Shown here: positions 9,284-19,481 of the stretch, in pieces
Layout of the letters: every line of letters starts with the position of its first letter
Numbering within the stretch: position 1 is the stretch's first letter
Source of the DNA: Candidatus Zambryskibacteria bacterium RIFCSPLOWO2_02_FULL_51_21
Lineage (GTDB): Bacteria > Patescibacteriota > Minisyncoccia > Phycocordibacterales > Zambryskibacteraceae
NCBI GenBank assembly: GCA_001824255.1
Contig: MHWQ01000002.1
Coordinates: 57,298-121,297 of the forward strand
DNA length: 64,000 nt
Direction: 5' to 3'
The notes under the pieces: model-generated
What the model was told of the DNA's origin: nothing
The model's input: the letters and a program-made list of their open reading frames with translations, nothing else
Databases searched by the model: none
Position numbers and translations under genes: made by a program

Positions 9284-10438
9284 CTATAAACTTATCTTCT
9301 TGAGATACTGCGGAAGGATGGAAATGGGGATGGTGTCCTGGGCGCGGGTTTGGATATTCCTGATAGTGGCGGTGCCGTCGAGGGCTTCCTTGTGGCCGAT
9401 GATTATGAGATACGAGACGCGCAGAGCCTCGGCGCTCGAGAGCTGGGCGGCCAGCTTGTCCTTGCCGAGGAAATGGTGTACGGGTATATGGTTCTCGCGC
9501 AAATTCTCGATGAGCGTGAGGGTCTTCATCTTGGCTTCGCGTCCAAGCTGGACGAGGTAGAACTTTGGCTTCGGCAGTTGTTTGTAAATTCTTCTGGCGG
9601 CGTCCTTCACTCCGGAGAAAATGGATACTCCGGCCATGGGAATCTCCTTCTTCAGTCCGAGTTTCCTGGTGAGGCGCGAGTAGCGGTAGCCCGTGGCGAG
9701 GACGTGCTCCGCTTCGTTCTCGATGCTCTTCACGGCGAAGATGGCGTGCGAGCAATGATTCCTCTCTCCCACGAGCGAGGGCTCGAGGCGGAAGTCGACC
9801 CCGAGAGACTCGAGGTATTCGAGCACTTCTTTGAAGTGTATCCTGCTCGCGGAGGAAAGGTAGGAGAGCGAAGATGGCGCGGCTCCTCGGAGTTGTATGA
9901 TTTCCTCCTCCTCGCGGCGGAAAATATTCCACGGGTCCTGCCGCAAACTTTCCTTGAGTTCAGGGTTGAGCGAGCCGCCGAATTTCCTCACGTAGCTCGC
10001 GAGCTCGCGTTCGTAAAGGGCGATGGAATCCTTGTCGCCGATGGAATTGATGTCCACGCGCAGATTCTTGTGCCCTTCTTCCGAGAGGATTGAGAGCGCA
10101 GCGCGGATGAGGGCCGCCTCGGCAATGCCCGTCGAAGCGCCGATGAAGTGGAGAGAATAGCCCTGCCTGCCGGCAGGCAGGCGGCCAGCTTTCCTTTTGT
10201 AAACCAGCGCCAGGGGATGGGACAGGGAGGCGAAGTTGTTGTCCACGTAGCTTCGTATAAGGGCCGCCTTCTCCGCCGCGTCGAAGTAGGGATGTTCGCC
10301 GCAATGCTTCACGGCTTCCAGGTCCGCTTCGGAGATTCGCGGAGCCGCTACCGGCATGAAGCCGAAGTAACTCGCGGTCAAGAGGGGTTTGTCGAATTCG
10401 TTTAAGCTCCAGACCGGTTTTGCCGCTTCTTTAAGCAT
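9284..10438 (-). CDS. hisS: Histidine--tRNA ligase-like class II aaRS, with a C-terminal anticodon-binding domain
   Basis: C-terminal HGH-type anticodon-binding domain and a GYRYSRL (GGRYD-like) motif. The ATG start is coupled to the lepB stop (TAACATG). The longer ORF N-terminus is rejected. Confidence 0.55.
   Translation of the reverse strand: MLKEAAKPVWSLNEFDKPLLTASYFGFMPVAAPRISEADLEAVKHCGEHPYFDAAEKAALIRSYVDNNFASLSHPLALVYKRKAGRLPAGRQGYSLHFIGASTGIAEAALIRAALSILSEEGHKNLRVDINSIGDKDSIALYERELASYVRKFGGSLNPELKESLRQDPWNIFRREEEEIIQLRGAAPSSLSYLSSASRIHFKEVLEYLESLGVDFRLEPSLVGERNHCSHAIFAVKSIENEAEHVLATGYRYSRLTRKLGLKKEIPMAGVSIFSGVKDAARRIYKQLPKPKFYLVQLGREAKMKTLTLIENLRENHIPVHHFLGKDKLAAQLSSAEALRVSYLIIIGHKEALDGTATIRNIQTRAQDTIPISILPQYLKKISL
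10162..10181. repeat. Perfect 20-bp palindrome CCTGCCTGCCGGCAGGCAGG (copy 1, inside the hisS coding sequence)
   Basis: Identical to 54972-54991. Encodes LPAGRQ within the HisRS-like protein. Confidence 0.8.
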
Positions 10439-10439
10439 G

Positions 10440-10994
10440 TTAGTTTGGAAAATCGTGATCGCCAGGAAACAAAGCCGGCGACAGGAAGCGCACGACCGGC
10501 CGGCCGACGATATTCTCCTCCGGCAGTGCTCCCCAGATGCGGGAATCAGAGCTTGCCGCGCGGTTGTCTCCCATGACGAAGTATTCCTTGTCACCAAGAG
10601 TCTTGCGCAAGTTCTCGTCTTTTGGAAATTTTACGTAGGGTTCCTCGAGTTTGAATCCCTCCGGATTTTCCTTATTGATTATAGTCACTTGCCCGCGGTT
10701 TATTGCCACAGTTTCCCCCGGCAGGCCGATGATGCGCTTGATGTAATACTTATCGGGATTGGGAGGCGCCTCGAAGACGACAACTTCGCCGCGCTCAGGC
10801 GCCTTGAAGCGGTAGGAGACCTCGTCGATGATGAGATAGTTGCCGTTGCCGAAGGTGGGATACATGGAGAGGCCGTCCACGATGAAGGGCTGTGCCACAT
10901 AAAGCCGGAAGGGGATGACGATGACGACAGCGAGGATAATGAGCTTCACAAGTTCTCTCCAAAATTCGGAACGAGGAGATTTTTGTTCATCCAT
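10440..10994 (-). CDS. lepB: Signal peptidase I
   Basis: GLSMYPT and GDNRAASSDSR catalytic-region motifs, with an N-terminal TM helix. Confidence 0.85.
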   Translation of the reverse strand: MDEQKSPRSEFWRELVKLIILAVVIVIPFRLYVAQPFIVDGLSMYPTFGNGNYLIIDEVSYRFKAPERGEVVVFEAPPNPDKYYIKRIIGLPGETVAINRGQVTIINKENPEGFKLEEPYVKFPKDENLRKTLGDKEYFVMGDNRAASSDSRIWGALPEENIVGRPVVRFLSPALFPGDHDFPN

Positions 10995-11038
10995 TTGCAG
11001 AGATTGTAATGCTTAAGTTTATTTGACACAATAGCGAC

Positions 11039-11563
11039 ATGTATATCGCCGTTGGTTTAGGCAATCCGGGAGACGAGTATGCGAAATCTCGGCACAATAC
11101 TGGCAGGATGGCAGCGGATTTTCTTAGCGGAAAATTATCAGGAGTTAAGACCTTAACTCCCGATACCTTCATGAACCTCTCCGGCAAGTTCGTCGGGAAG
11201 CACGTGAAGTCGAAAAAAGCCGCGCAGAAGCTAATCGTGCTCTACGACGACCTCGATTTGCCTCTCGGAACGATGAAAATTTCTTATGACCGCGGTTCCG
11301 GCGGACATCGCGGGCTTGAGAGCATTATCCGTGCTCTCAAGACGAAAGAATTTATCAGAATCCGCATTGGCACTTCGCCCTCGACCCCTTCCGGCAAGTT
11401 GAAGAAGCCCTTGGGCGAGAAAAACGTAGAAAAACATATTCTGAGCGAATTTAAAAAACCGGAAATGGAAATTTTGAAAAAAGTTTTCAAGAAGGTCGCC
11501 GCCGCGGTCGAGACAATCGCCGCTTCCGGCCTCCAGTCCGCCATGACGGAGTTTAATAAATAG
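11039..11563 (+). CDS. pth: Peptidyl-tRNA hydrolase
   Basis: MYIAVGLGNPG...HNTG N-terminal Pth signature. Confidence 0.85.
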   Translation: MYIAVGLGNPGDEYAKSRHNTGRMAADFLSGKLSGVKTLTPDTFMNLSGKFVGKHVKSKKAAQKLIVLYDDLDLPLGTMKISYDRGSGGHRGLESIIRALKTKEFIRIRIGTSPSTPSGKLKKPLGEKNVEKHILSEFKKPEMEILKKVFKKVAAAVETIAASGLQSAMTEFNK

Positions 11564-11564
11564 G

Positions 11565-12155
11565 ATGCAAATAGAAGTAGAAGCCAAGTTTCCTGATACT
11601 GACCCGGATTCATTAAGAGAGAAATTGAAAAGTCTTGGTGCGACTTTAGAATATCCGGAAGTGCTGATGCGCAGGAAAGTTTTCGATTATGAAGACAGAA
11701 GGCTCGAGAAAATCGGTGGCTGGATAAGAGTGAGAGATGAGGGGAATAAAATTACTCTCACTTACAAACAACTCAACGACAGAACTCTACACGGAACGAA
11801 AGAAGTGGAAGTTATCGTGGACGACTTCGATAAAACGTGCGAACTTCTTCTTGCGATAGGGCTGAAACTAAGATCGTATCAGGAAACCAGGAGAGAGAAG
11901 TGGAAACTGAACGGAGTGGAAATCACGATAGACACCTGGCCCTGGATACCAACGTTTGTCGAAGTGGAAGCCACCGACGAGGCGTCTGTGAGAAAGGCGG
12001 TTGAACTTCTCGGCTTCGACTGGAGCCAGGCTAGGCACGGAAGCGTCGAGAATATCTATCAAATGCACTACGACTTCTCCGACGAGGAAATAGACCATTG
12101 GGAATCAATCACCTTTATCCCGGAGCCGGAATGGCTCTTGGCGAAGAAGAAATAA
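11565..12155 (+). CDS. CYTH-domain protein (CyaB/ThTPase-like triphosphate tunnel metalloenzyme)
   Basis: N-terminal MQIEVEAKF (ExExK) motif. Translationally coupled to pth. Confidence 0.7.
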   Translation: MQIEVEAKFPDTDPDSLREKLKSLGATLEYPEVLMRRKVFDYEDRRLEKIGGWIRVRDEGNKITLTYKQLNDRTLHGTKEVEVIVDDFDKTCELLLAIGLKLRSYQETRREKWKLNGVEITIDTWPWIPTFVEVEATDEASVRKAVELLGFDWSQARHGSVENIYQMHYDFSDEEIDHWESITFIPEPEWLLAKKK

Positions 12156-12156
12156 C

Positions 12157-12186
12157 AAAAACGCCCCACTCGGGGCGTTTTTGTTA
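12157..12186. terminator. Bidirectional rho-independent terminator
   Basis: AAAAACGCCCCACTCGGGGCGTTTTTG. Confidence 0.75.
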
Positions 12187-12200
12187 GAGAGAAGTTTAAT

Positions 12201-13394
12201 TTATTTCTTCTCGACGAACGAGAGGGCCATCTTCTGTTCCTTGGGGTCGAAGAGGGTGATTTTGAAGGAATACACTTTGCCCATCTCGAGTTTCTCGCGG
12301 AGCTTTTCCTCCGAACCGCCGAATTCCGAGACATGGATGAGGCCGGCCACACCTTCCTCGATAGAGGCGAGCGCGCCGTGCTTGTTGTACTTGATGATAA
12401 CGCCCTCGACCACGTCGTCCTTCTTGTAGGCCTTGGCGGCGTCCTTCCACGGATTCTCCTTGAGCGCCTTGATGGAGAGGGAAATCTTGTCGTCCTTAAT
12501 CTCGATAACTTTCACCCGCACCTTCTCGCCGATTTTGAACATGGTCTTCGGGTTTTCTACCAGGCCCCAGTCAATTTCGGAAATATGCACCAGTCCTTCG
12601 AGGCCGTCCTCAATCTTGACGAAGACGCCGAAGTCGACAAGCCCCGTCACTTCGCCCGTGAGCTCGTCGCCCAGAGCGTACTTCGAGACGATATTCTCCT
12701 TGTCCTTCGTTTCCGGAGATTTCTCGGAGAAGATGAGTTTGCCTTCCTTGGGATTGACGCCGATGATGGTGACACTAAGTTTTTCGCCAACGAGTTTTCG
12801 GAGCTCATCGAGAATCTTGTCTTTGTCGCCATCGGAGATGCGGGGATAATGCTCGGGTTTGAGCTGGGATGCCGGCAGGAAGCCCGTGATGCCCTGCCAG
12901 TTGATGATGAGCCCGCCCTTGTTGGCGTCCGTGATAGGGAGTTCGAAGACCCGTTTCTCGCGGATGGCGTCCTCGGCTTCGTTCCAGATGATGGCCTGGC
13001 GCGCTTCCTTGAGAGAAATTTCTATGTAACCTTCTTTGCCGCCGATGCCCACGACCTTGCCGGCAACGATGTCGCCCACGTTAATCTTCTTGATAATGTC
13101 GCGGGCGTTCATGAACTCGCGGCCGAAGATAATGCCCGTGCCGAAAGGCGGCAGGTCCACGTAGACCGCTCCCTTGTCTATAGAAATCACCGGTCCCTCA
13201 ACGAGGTCATCGACCGCCGGGGGCGTCGGAATTGATTCTAGAAATGCATCCACCCCTTCCGTAGGTTTCCCCTTTGCAGGGGCAACCTTTTCTATTTCTT
13301 TCTTTTCTTCCTCCGCCCTGCCAAGGGGGAGGCTGGTGGGGGTCTCTTCAATCTTTTTCTTGCGTCCGAATAATGCCATTTGAGAATGCCGCAA
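12201..13394 (-). CDS. rpsA: 30S ribosomal protein S1 (shortened, about four S1 domains)
   Basis: Repeated S1 OB-fold signatures (GDIVAGKV, GDELTGEVTGLVDFGVFVKI, GEKVRVKVIEI). Confidence 0.8.
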   Translation of the reverse strand: MRHSQMALFGRKKKIEETPTSLPLGRAEEEKKEIEKVAPAKGKPTEGVDAFLESIPTPPAVDDLVEGPVISIDKGAVYVDLPPFGTGIIFGREFMNARDIIKKINVGDIVAGKVVGIGGKEGYIEISLKEARQAIIWNEAEDAIREKRVFELPITDANKGGLIINWQGITGFLPASQLKPEHYPRISDGDKDKILDELRKLVGEKLSVTIIGVNPKEGKLIFSEKSPETKDKENIVSKYALGDELTGEVTGLVDFGVFVKIEDGLEGLVHISEIDWGLVENPKTMFKIGEKVRVKVIEIKDDKISLSIKALKENPWKDAAKAYKKDDVVEGVIIKYNKHGALASIEEGVAGLIHVSEFGGSEEKLREKLEMGKVYSFKITLFDPKEQKMALSFVEKK

Positions 13395-13502
13395 TCGGCT
13401 CGTGAGCTTGCTGAATGGTTGCCATAGCTCCCGAGATTAACAATTGCGGGTTCTAATAAAGAACCGTATTAAGGTAACACAAAGCGAGGAAATGTAAAAG
13501 GG

Positions 13503-13535
13503 CCGCGACATTGTCGTCGCGGCCCAGAATGTTCT
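13503..13535 (-). terminator. Rho-independent terminator for the 13562..14440 gene
   Basis: GGGCCGCGACGACAATGTCGCGGCCC hairpin followed by TTTTACATTT on the minus strand. Confidence 0.6.
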
Positions 13536-13561
13536 CCCAGGATCCGCCTGGTGCGGCGTTG

Positions 13562-14440
13562 TTAGACCATCACGACCACGTACTCGCCCTGGTCGCTGGC
13601 GTTCTCCGTCTGGGCCCACTTGAAGGTTCCCAACGGAATCTCCGTGTCGCCGTTGACGCCGGTGACTCGGTAGCCCTTGGTGCCTTCATCGTCGATCATC
13701 ACGTGGTCGTATGGACCGTAGCGATGGAACGACGCGGCCGGAGGAGGTGGCACAGGCGCCGGGCCCTCGACGATGGGACGCGGTCCCATGGGTCGCGGAC
13801 GAGCCTGCGGTTGTGGCTGGACATCTCGGCTTCGTCCCGTCAGGTTCTCGTAGAGTTCCCGACCCAAGACAAACGCGAGAGCGAGCAGCATGGCAACGAG
13901 CGCCAGCGCAAGCAGGAACAGGAACAGGTTCCAGAGTCCGTGCCAGAGTGAACGAAGCCACCCAGGCATGGTGTACCCGCCGCTGTTCTCGCTCACAATG
14001 GGGGCCGCCTCGGTGGTTTTCTCGACGACCGGCGATGTCATGTACGTGATTTGGTGAGCCAACAGGAAGCTGATCCTGTTGCCGCAGCTCGCGAGGTAGC
14101 GCGGCTCGCCGCTCGCGTTGCTCGCCCAGACCATCGTGCCCTTGTCGAGCCAGATGACTTCGAACGTGCGCCGTCCCCGGATCTCGTTGACGTACCAACC
14201 CTCGGTTTTCAGCGGCTCCTTGTGGAGCTGCAGAATGCGGGCATCGCGCTCGGAGAGTTTTCCACCCAGTGGCGGGAACGCCTCGAGGTTGATGTAGTCC
14301 GGCGCCATCCATGTCTGGCTGCCGATGACGACCTTCTCGTAGCCGTAGTACGGCTGTTTGTCGTTGGCCGTCTGCGCGGACACCGGCATTGCGAGCGCCG
14401 CCATGGCCAGGATGAGGATGAACAACGCAAACTTCTTCAT
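13562..14440 (-). CDS. Secreted/membrane hypothetical protein with a signal peptide, one internal TM helix and a Pro-rich cytoplasmic tail. GC-rich outlier.
   Basis: Signal peptide MKKFALFILILAMAALAMPVSA and TM helix LWNLFLFLLALALVAMLLALAFVL. Local GC is well above the window average. Confidence 0.55.
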   Translation of the reverse strand: MKKFALFILILAMAALAMPVSAQTANDKQPYYGYEKVVIGSQTWMAPDYINLEAFPPLGGKLSERDARILQLHKEPLKTEGWYVNEIRGRRTFEVIWLDKGTMVWASNASGEPRYLASCGNRISFLLAHQITYMTSPVVEKTTEAAPIVSENSGGYTMPGWLRSLWHGLWNLFLFLLALALVAMLLALAFVLGRELYENLTGRSRDVQPQPQARPRPMGPRPIVEGPAPVPPPPAASFHRYGPYDHVMIDDEGTKGYRVTGVNGDTEIPLGTFKWAQTENASDQGEYVVVMV

Positions 14441-14566
14441 GATGCAATCTCCTTGAGCCGGGGGAAATGCTTTCGCAGGTCCCAGCTGTCTATGTCTATC
14501 TTAGCATATTTCACCTTGTTTGTCAAGCGTGAAAATAAGCCCTATTTTTGGTATAATTTGGGAGTA

Positions 14567-15094
14567 ATGATAATCACTTATCAGGGTAAAACAGCGTTCA
14601 AAATCTCCCAGGGAAGCTTGGGTTTGAGCATCAATCCAAAGGCCAAAACGAGCGCCGATGTGACGCTCTTTACCGGCTCGGCCGAAGAGACTTCTGACAA
14701 ATCAGGCTTCGTAATTACCGGCCCCGGTGAATACGAAATCAAAGATATTTTCATAAAAGGATTTCTCGCCAAGGATGGCACGGGTTTCAAAACTACGTAT
14801 CTCTCAACGTTTGAAGGTATGAAGCTCTGTTTCCTCGGCTCACTTGAAGCGCCGGAGGAAATTGAAGACGTGGATATCCTCTTCGTGCCGGTCAATTCCG
14901 ACCCCACCAAGGCCTACAAGCTCGCGGTCTCACTCGAACCATCCGTCATCATTCCAATGGACTACGACGAGAAGTCACTGGAACAGTTCGTGAAAGAGGG
15001 TGGAGAAAAGGCGGAACCGATTGACAAGCTGGTGGTGAAGAAGAAAGATTTAGAGGGAAAAGAAAGTGAAATAGTGGTGCTTAAAGAAGAATGA
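14567..15094 (+). CDS. Small beta-lactamase-fold-like hypothetical protein (COG2220-like); no HxHxDH motif is visible.
   Basis: MIITYQGKTAFKISQG... pattern. GGAG RBS and a TGgTATAAT extended -10 lie upstream. The long N-terminal part of ORF 14051 is rejected. Confidence 0.4.
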   Translation: MIITYQGKTAFKISQGSLGLSINPKAKTSADVTLFTGSAEETSDKSGFVITGPGEYEIKDIFIKGFLAKDGTGFKTTYLSTFEGMKLCFLGSLEAPEEIEDVDILFVPVNSDPTKAYKLAVSLEPSVIIPMDYDEKSLEQFVKEGGEKAEPIDKLVVKKKDLEGKESEIVVLKEE

Positions 15095-15405
15095 GAAAAT
15101 ATCTCTCCACTTTGCATAAGAGGTCGCCCAAGCACAAGAAACGTTTCGCGCTTCTGGCTTCCGGCGGATTCACCCTGATTATTTTTGCCGTCTGGGTTGC
15201 CGTAAACTTCGGCTCGACGGTACTCCCTGGAAATGGCACGGAAGCCGCTGCTAAGAAAGCCGTGGAAGGCCCCAATCCTTTCGGCTCGCTTATGCGCGGA
15301 CTCGAATCGAGCTTCGAGAGCTTGCGCGACAGTCTCAAATCAGTCGAACTCAAATCCGGCTATGAGAATATGAAGAACAACTCTTTGAATATTTATGGCA
15401 GATAA
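15091..15405 (+). CDS. Small membrane protein (104 aa)
   Basis: One TM helix ([18 protein letters not shown]). Overlaps the upstream stop (ATGA). Confidence 0.4.
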   Translation: MRKYLSTLHKRSPKHKKRFALLASGGFTLIIFAVWVAVNFGSTVLPGNGTEAAAKKAVEGPNPFGSLMRGLESSFESLRDSLKSVELKSGYENMKNNSLNIYGR

Positions 15406-17845
15406 ATCTCCCGAAAAACCGGCAGCAAACCCGAGAGTAGTAACACGCGCTATAACCTCCGAGATGAAGGAGAGCTTCATCGACTACGCCATGTCGGTTA
15501 TCACCGACCGCGCCTTGCCCGACGTGCGCGACGGCTTGAAGCCGGTGCACCGCCGCATCCTCTATGCCATGAATGAGATTGGCCTGAACTCCTCGGCCAA
15601 GACCAGGAAGTCAGCCACAGTAGTTGGAGAAGTGCTCGGCAAGTACCATCCGCACGGCGACGTCGCGGTCTATGATTCGATGGTCAAGATGGCGCAGGAT
15701 TTCTCCATGCGCTATCCGCTTATCGTCGGTCAGGGCAACTTCGGCTCGATAGACGGCGACGGCGCGGCGGCCATGCGCTACACCGAGGCCAAGATGAGCA
15801 GAATGGCGGGTGAGATGCTCAAGGATATCGACAAGGAGACAGTCGACTTCAAACCCAACTACGACGGCACGCATAAAGAGCCGGTAGTTCTCCCGACAGT
15901 TGTGCCGAATCTTCTCTTGAACGGCACTCTGGGCATCGCCGTCGGCATGGCGACGAATATCCCGCCCCACAATCTAGGTGAAGTGGTCGATGCTGCGTTG
16001 CATCTAGCCGATAATCCGGATTCATCGACTGAAGACCTGGTCAAGTTTGTGAAGGGGCCCGACTTCCCGACCGGCGGAATAATTTTCAATGAGAAAGATA
16101 TTCATCATGCTTACGCCACGGGCCGCGGCGGAGTAGTGGCGAGAGGCGTGGCCGATATCACCGAGAACAAGGCGGGCAATTTCCAAATCGTCATCACCGA
16201 AATTCCTTACCGCGTCAACAAGTCTGACCTTATAGAAAAGATTGCCGACCTGCATCGGGAAAAAAAGATTGACGGCATCAAGGCCATGCGCGACGAGTCG
16301 GCCAAGGACATTCGCATCGTCATCGACTTGAAGCAGGGAAGTCAGCCGCAGAAAGTTCTGAACGCTCTATACAAGCACACCCAGCTCGAGGATACCTTCC
16401 ACTTCAACATCGTAGCGCTTGTTGACGGCGTGCCGCAGACCTTGTCACTCAAATCGATGCTTGCCGAATTCCTGAAGCACCGCGAAACGGTGGTCAGGCG
16501 CCGCGCCATCTACGACCTTGCTCGCGCGGAAGAGCGCGAGCATATATTACTTGGCCTTTCGAAGGCGCTCGACCATATCGATGAAATCGTGAAGCTCATC
16601 AAAGCATCGAAGACCGTCGACGAAGCGCGCGAGAATTTAATCAAACGCTTCAAGTTCTCGGAAATCCAGGCCAACGCCATTCTCGAAATGCGTCTGCAGA
16701 AGCTCGCTGGCCTTGAACGCCAGAAGATTGAAGATGAACTGAAAGAAGTGCAGGCATTTATAAAAGAGATGAAGGAATTGCTGGCCTCGCCCAAGAAAAT
16801 TTTGAAAGTTATAAAGGATGAACTCGCGGCTGTCCGCGAGAAGTACGGCGACGAGCGCAGGACCAAAGTGGTCAGAGGAGGAGTGAAGCAGCTCTCGGTC
16901 GAGGACCTCGTGCCCGAGGAGGACAACGCGCTCGTCCTCACTTCCGGCGGTTACATCAAGCGCACCAATCCGGAGGAATACAGGAGGCAGAGAAGGGGAG
17001 GTATCGGCGTCGTTGACCTGGACACCAAGGAAGAGGACTTCGTGACGCAGATTCTCTACGCTTCGACGCATGATGACCTCCTCTTCTTCACCGACAAGGG
17101 CAAGGCCTATCAGATCAAGATGTATGACCTGCCGGAGGGCAAGCGCGCCACCAAGGGCAAGTCGATTATGAACTTCATTTCCCTCTCGGCGGAGGAGAAA
17201 GTCACTTCTATCCTGGCGATGGACAAGGAATCGAAGAATATCGTCGGTTCGCTTCTCCTGGTGACGGAGAATGGCACGGCGAAGAAAGTTTCCGCCAAGT
17301 CCTTCACCGACGTGCGCTCCTCGGGCATCATCGCCATGCGGCTCGCGCCCGGCGACAAGCTGGTTTCCGTCGAACAGGTGCAGGCGGGGGACGACGTTTC
17401 CATAGTGACGAGAGAGGGCCAGTCGATAAGATTCAAGGAATCGGGACTCCGCGAGATGGGCCGCGCCGCCGGCGGCGTGAGGGGCATCAAACTCGAGAAG
17501 GGTGACGCGGTAGTAGGCGCGCATGTTATAAAAAATAATTTGAAGGGCGGGCATCTCCTCGTCATCTCCGGCGCGGGTTACGGCAAGAGGACGAAGCTCT
17601 CCGAATACAAAGCGCAAGGCAGGGGCGGCTCGGGCATCCTCACTTCGAAAGTGACGAGTAAAACCGGCAAGGTTATCACTTCGCAGATTGTGGATGAAGA
17701 AGAGGAAGTTATCGCCATTTCCAAGAAAAGCCAGGTGGTCAGAGTCGACCTCAATGAGATTCCGGTCCTCGGCCGCCAGACTCAGGGTGTCCGCATTATG
17801 AAATTACGGGAAGGGGATAGCATTGCTTCCCTCATCTGTCTATAG
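15395..17845 (+). CDS. gyrA: DNA gyrase subunit A
   Basis: [15 protein letters not shown], an active-site Tyr region and C-terminal beta-pinwheel repeats. Confidence 0.9.
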   Translation: MADKSPEKPAANPRVVTRAITSEMKESFIDYAMSVITDRALPDVRDGLKPVHRRILYAMNEIGLNSSAKTRKSATVVGEVLGKYHPHGDVAVYDSMVKMAQDFSMRYPLIVGQGNFGSIDGDGAAAMRYTEAKMSRMAGEMLKDIDKETVDFKPNYDGTHKEPVVLPTVVPNLLLNGTLGIAVGMATNIPPHNLGEVVDAALHLADNPDSSTEDLVKFVKGPDFPTGGIIFNEKDIHHAYATGRGGVVARGVADITENKAGNFQIVITEIPYRVNKSDLIEKIADLHREKKIDGIKAMRDESAKDIRIVIDLKQGSQPQKVLNALYKHTQLEDTFHFNIVALVDGVPQTLSLKSMLAEFLKHRETVVRRRAIYDLARAEEREHILLGLSKALDHIDEIVKLIKASKTVDEARENLIKRFKFSEIQANAILEMRLQKLAGLERQKIEDELKEVQAFIKEMKELLASPKKILKVIKDELAAVREKYGDERRTKVVRGGVKQLSVEDLVPEEDNALVLTSGGYIKRTNPEEYRRQRRGGIGVVDLDTKEEDFVTQILYASTHDDLLFFTDKGKAYQIKMYDLPEGKRATKGKSIMNFISLSAEEKVTSILAMDKESKNIVGSLLLVTENGTAKKVSAKSFTDVRSSGIIAMRLAPGDKLVSVEQVQAGDDVSIVTREGQSIRFKESGLREMGRAAGGVRGIKLEKGDAVVGAHVIKNNLKGGHLLVISGAGYGKRTKLSEYKAQGRGGSGILTSKVTSKTGKVITSQIVDEEEEVIAISKKSQVVRVDLNEIPVLGRQTQGVRIMKLREGDSIASLICL

Positions 17846-17863
17846 TCGTGTTACAATTAGGGC

Positions 17864-19147
17864 ATGAGTAAGTTCCAGATTATTCTCCTTTCTGTATTCG
17901 GAGCATTCATACTTCTGGCGGTGCTTATTTTTGCCCTCTATCGCGGCGGAGCCGGCAGCCAGAACGCGACCATTGTGGTCTGGGGAGACATTCCATCCGA
18001 AGCCATTACGCCGGTTCTCGACTCCGTCGTGCCGACGATAGACAAAACGCTCGTCATCCGCTATGTCGAGAAAAGTTCCGACAAAATAGATGCGGAATTT
18101 ACCGAAGCATTGGCTCAAGGCAATGGTCCCGACCTTCTTATCCTTACTCAAGACCGCTTTCTCAAGAATAAATCCAAACTCATCTTCATCCCTTACGACA
18201 GTATCGGCAGAAGCGATTTCCAGCAGGCTTTCGCCGAGGAAGGAGAGCTCTTCCTAACTGACCAGGGCGTTTACGGCTTGCCGCTCGCCATAGACCCAGT
18301 GATTCTTTATTACAACCGCGACCTCTTGTCCTCGGCGGGAGAAGCGAAGCCGATTTCCTATTGGGACGAGCTTTATCCCATGACTTTGAAACTCACCAAG
18401 AAGGACGCCGCGGGCAATCTCACCCAGTCGGCCATTGCTCTCGGCGAAACCAGGAATATTCCGAACTTCAAAGAGATTATGTCACTCCTTCTTATGCAAG
18501 CCGGCACGCCCGTGACGCAGATAATCAACGGAAGTCTCCGTTCGGCACTCTCGGAAACCTTCGGTCTGCCTGTCGCTCCGGGCGATTCGGCGCTCGACTT
18601 CTATACCCAATTCTCGAATCCCGCCAAGGCCTATTACAGCTGGAATCGCGTCCTGCCCTCGGCCGAAACGCACTTCGCGAGCGGGGACTCGGCGTATTAC
18701 CTCGGCTTCGCGAGCGAACTCACATCGCTCCGCAAGAAGAATCCAAATCTCAATCTGGGGCTCGCTCCTGTGCCTCAGTCGAGAGTCTCGGGGAAGAAGC
18801 TCACTTACGGCCGTCTCTACGTGGTTTCCATAACCCGCGGCGCACGAAGCGCCGCCCCGGCGCTTCGTGCAGTTCTTCTTCTCTCGTCGAAGCCGGTGGC
18901 GGAACAGCTGGCCAAGAATCTTGGCCTGCCGCCGGCGAGACGAGATTTGCTCTCGGTGAGGCAGACGGACGCAATACTGCCTGTTTTCTACGAATCAGCG
19001 CTTCAGTCCAAGGGCTGGCTCGACCCGGAAAATGTTACTACCCGTAACATTTTCCAAGCTATGATTGATTCGGTAACCAGTGGCCGTGCCAGAACTTCCG
19101 AGGCTCTCGGTGCCGCGAGTAGAAGTCTGGGAAACCTTATAAAATAA
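17864..19147 (+). CDS. Membrane-anchored extracellular solute-binding protein (SBP family 1-like)
   Basis: N-terminal TM anchor followed by an SBP_bac_1-like sequence pattern (GPDLLIL, YGLPLAIDPVILYYNRDLL). No adjacent permease or ATPase. Confidence 0.6.
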   Translation: MSKFQIILLSVFGAFILLAVLIFALYRGGAGSQNATIVVWGDIPSEAITPVLDSVVPTIDKTLVIRYVEKSSDKIDAEFTEALAQGNGPDLLILTQDRFLKNKSKLIFIPYDSIGRSDFQQAFAEEGELFLTDQGVYGLPLAIDPVILYYNRDLLSSAGEAKPISYWDELYPMTLKLTKKDAAGNLTQSAIALGETRNIPNFKEIMSLLLMQAGTPVTQIINGSLRSALSETFGLPVAPGDSALDFYTQFSNPAKAYYSWNRVLPSAETHFASGDSAYYLGFASELTSLRKKNPNLNLGLAPVPQSRVSGKKLTYGRLYVVSITRGARSAAPALRAVLLLSSKPVAEQLAKNLGLPPARRDLLSVRQTDAILPVFYESALQSKGWLDPENVTTRNIFQAMIDSVTSGRARTSEALGAASRSLGNLIK

Positions 19148-19159
19148 ATTTACTAATAT

Positions 19160-19477
19160 ATGCCTGGCTGGAAAGATTTGATAGTCTGCGACGGAGTAGA
19201 TATTCCTTGTACATACGATAAGCTCGTCGAGTTGGTCAAGGCGCTCATAACCGACATGGTCATCCTCTCGACCTTCCTCGCCGTGGCGGTCTTCGCTTAT
19301 GCGGGCTTCAAGATGATTATGTCGCGGGGAAGCGAGACAGAATACAAGGCGGCCGTGAAGATGTTCGGCAAAGTCCTTTGGGGCTACCTGTGGATACTCG
19401 CGGCGTGGCTTATCGTTTACACTATATCTAGCGTTCTCCTTAATCCCGGTTTCTCGCTCCTGGAGGCGCCACGATAA
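19160..19477 (+). CDS. TrbC/VirB2-pilin-like two-TM small protein, paralog 1 (type A, no signal peptide)
   Basis: FAYAGFKMIMSRG ... KMFGKVLWGYLWILAAWLIV. Two hydrophobic helices are separated by a charged loop. Confidence 0.5.
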   Translation: MPGWKDLIVCDGVDIPCTYDKLVELVKALITDMVILSTFLAVAVFAYAGFKMIMSRGSETEYKAAVKMFGKVLWGYLWILAAWLIVYTISSVLLNPGFSLLEAPR

Positions 19478-19481
19478 TAAA

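Noticed and set aside
10439-10597. N-terminal extension of the hisS ORF (MVTRNTSSWETT...)
   Set aside because: It overlaps the lepB coding sequence and is rich in Cys, Arg and Ser. A coupled ATG (TAACATG) at 10438 fits HisRS N-termini.
14051-14566. Long N-terminal extension of the beta-lactamase-fold-like gene
   Set aside because: It is antisense to the 13562..14440 gene in GC-rich DNA. A proper RBS and extended -10 precede the internal ATG at 14567.
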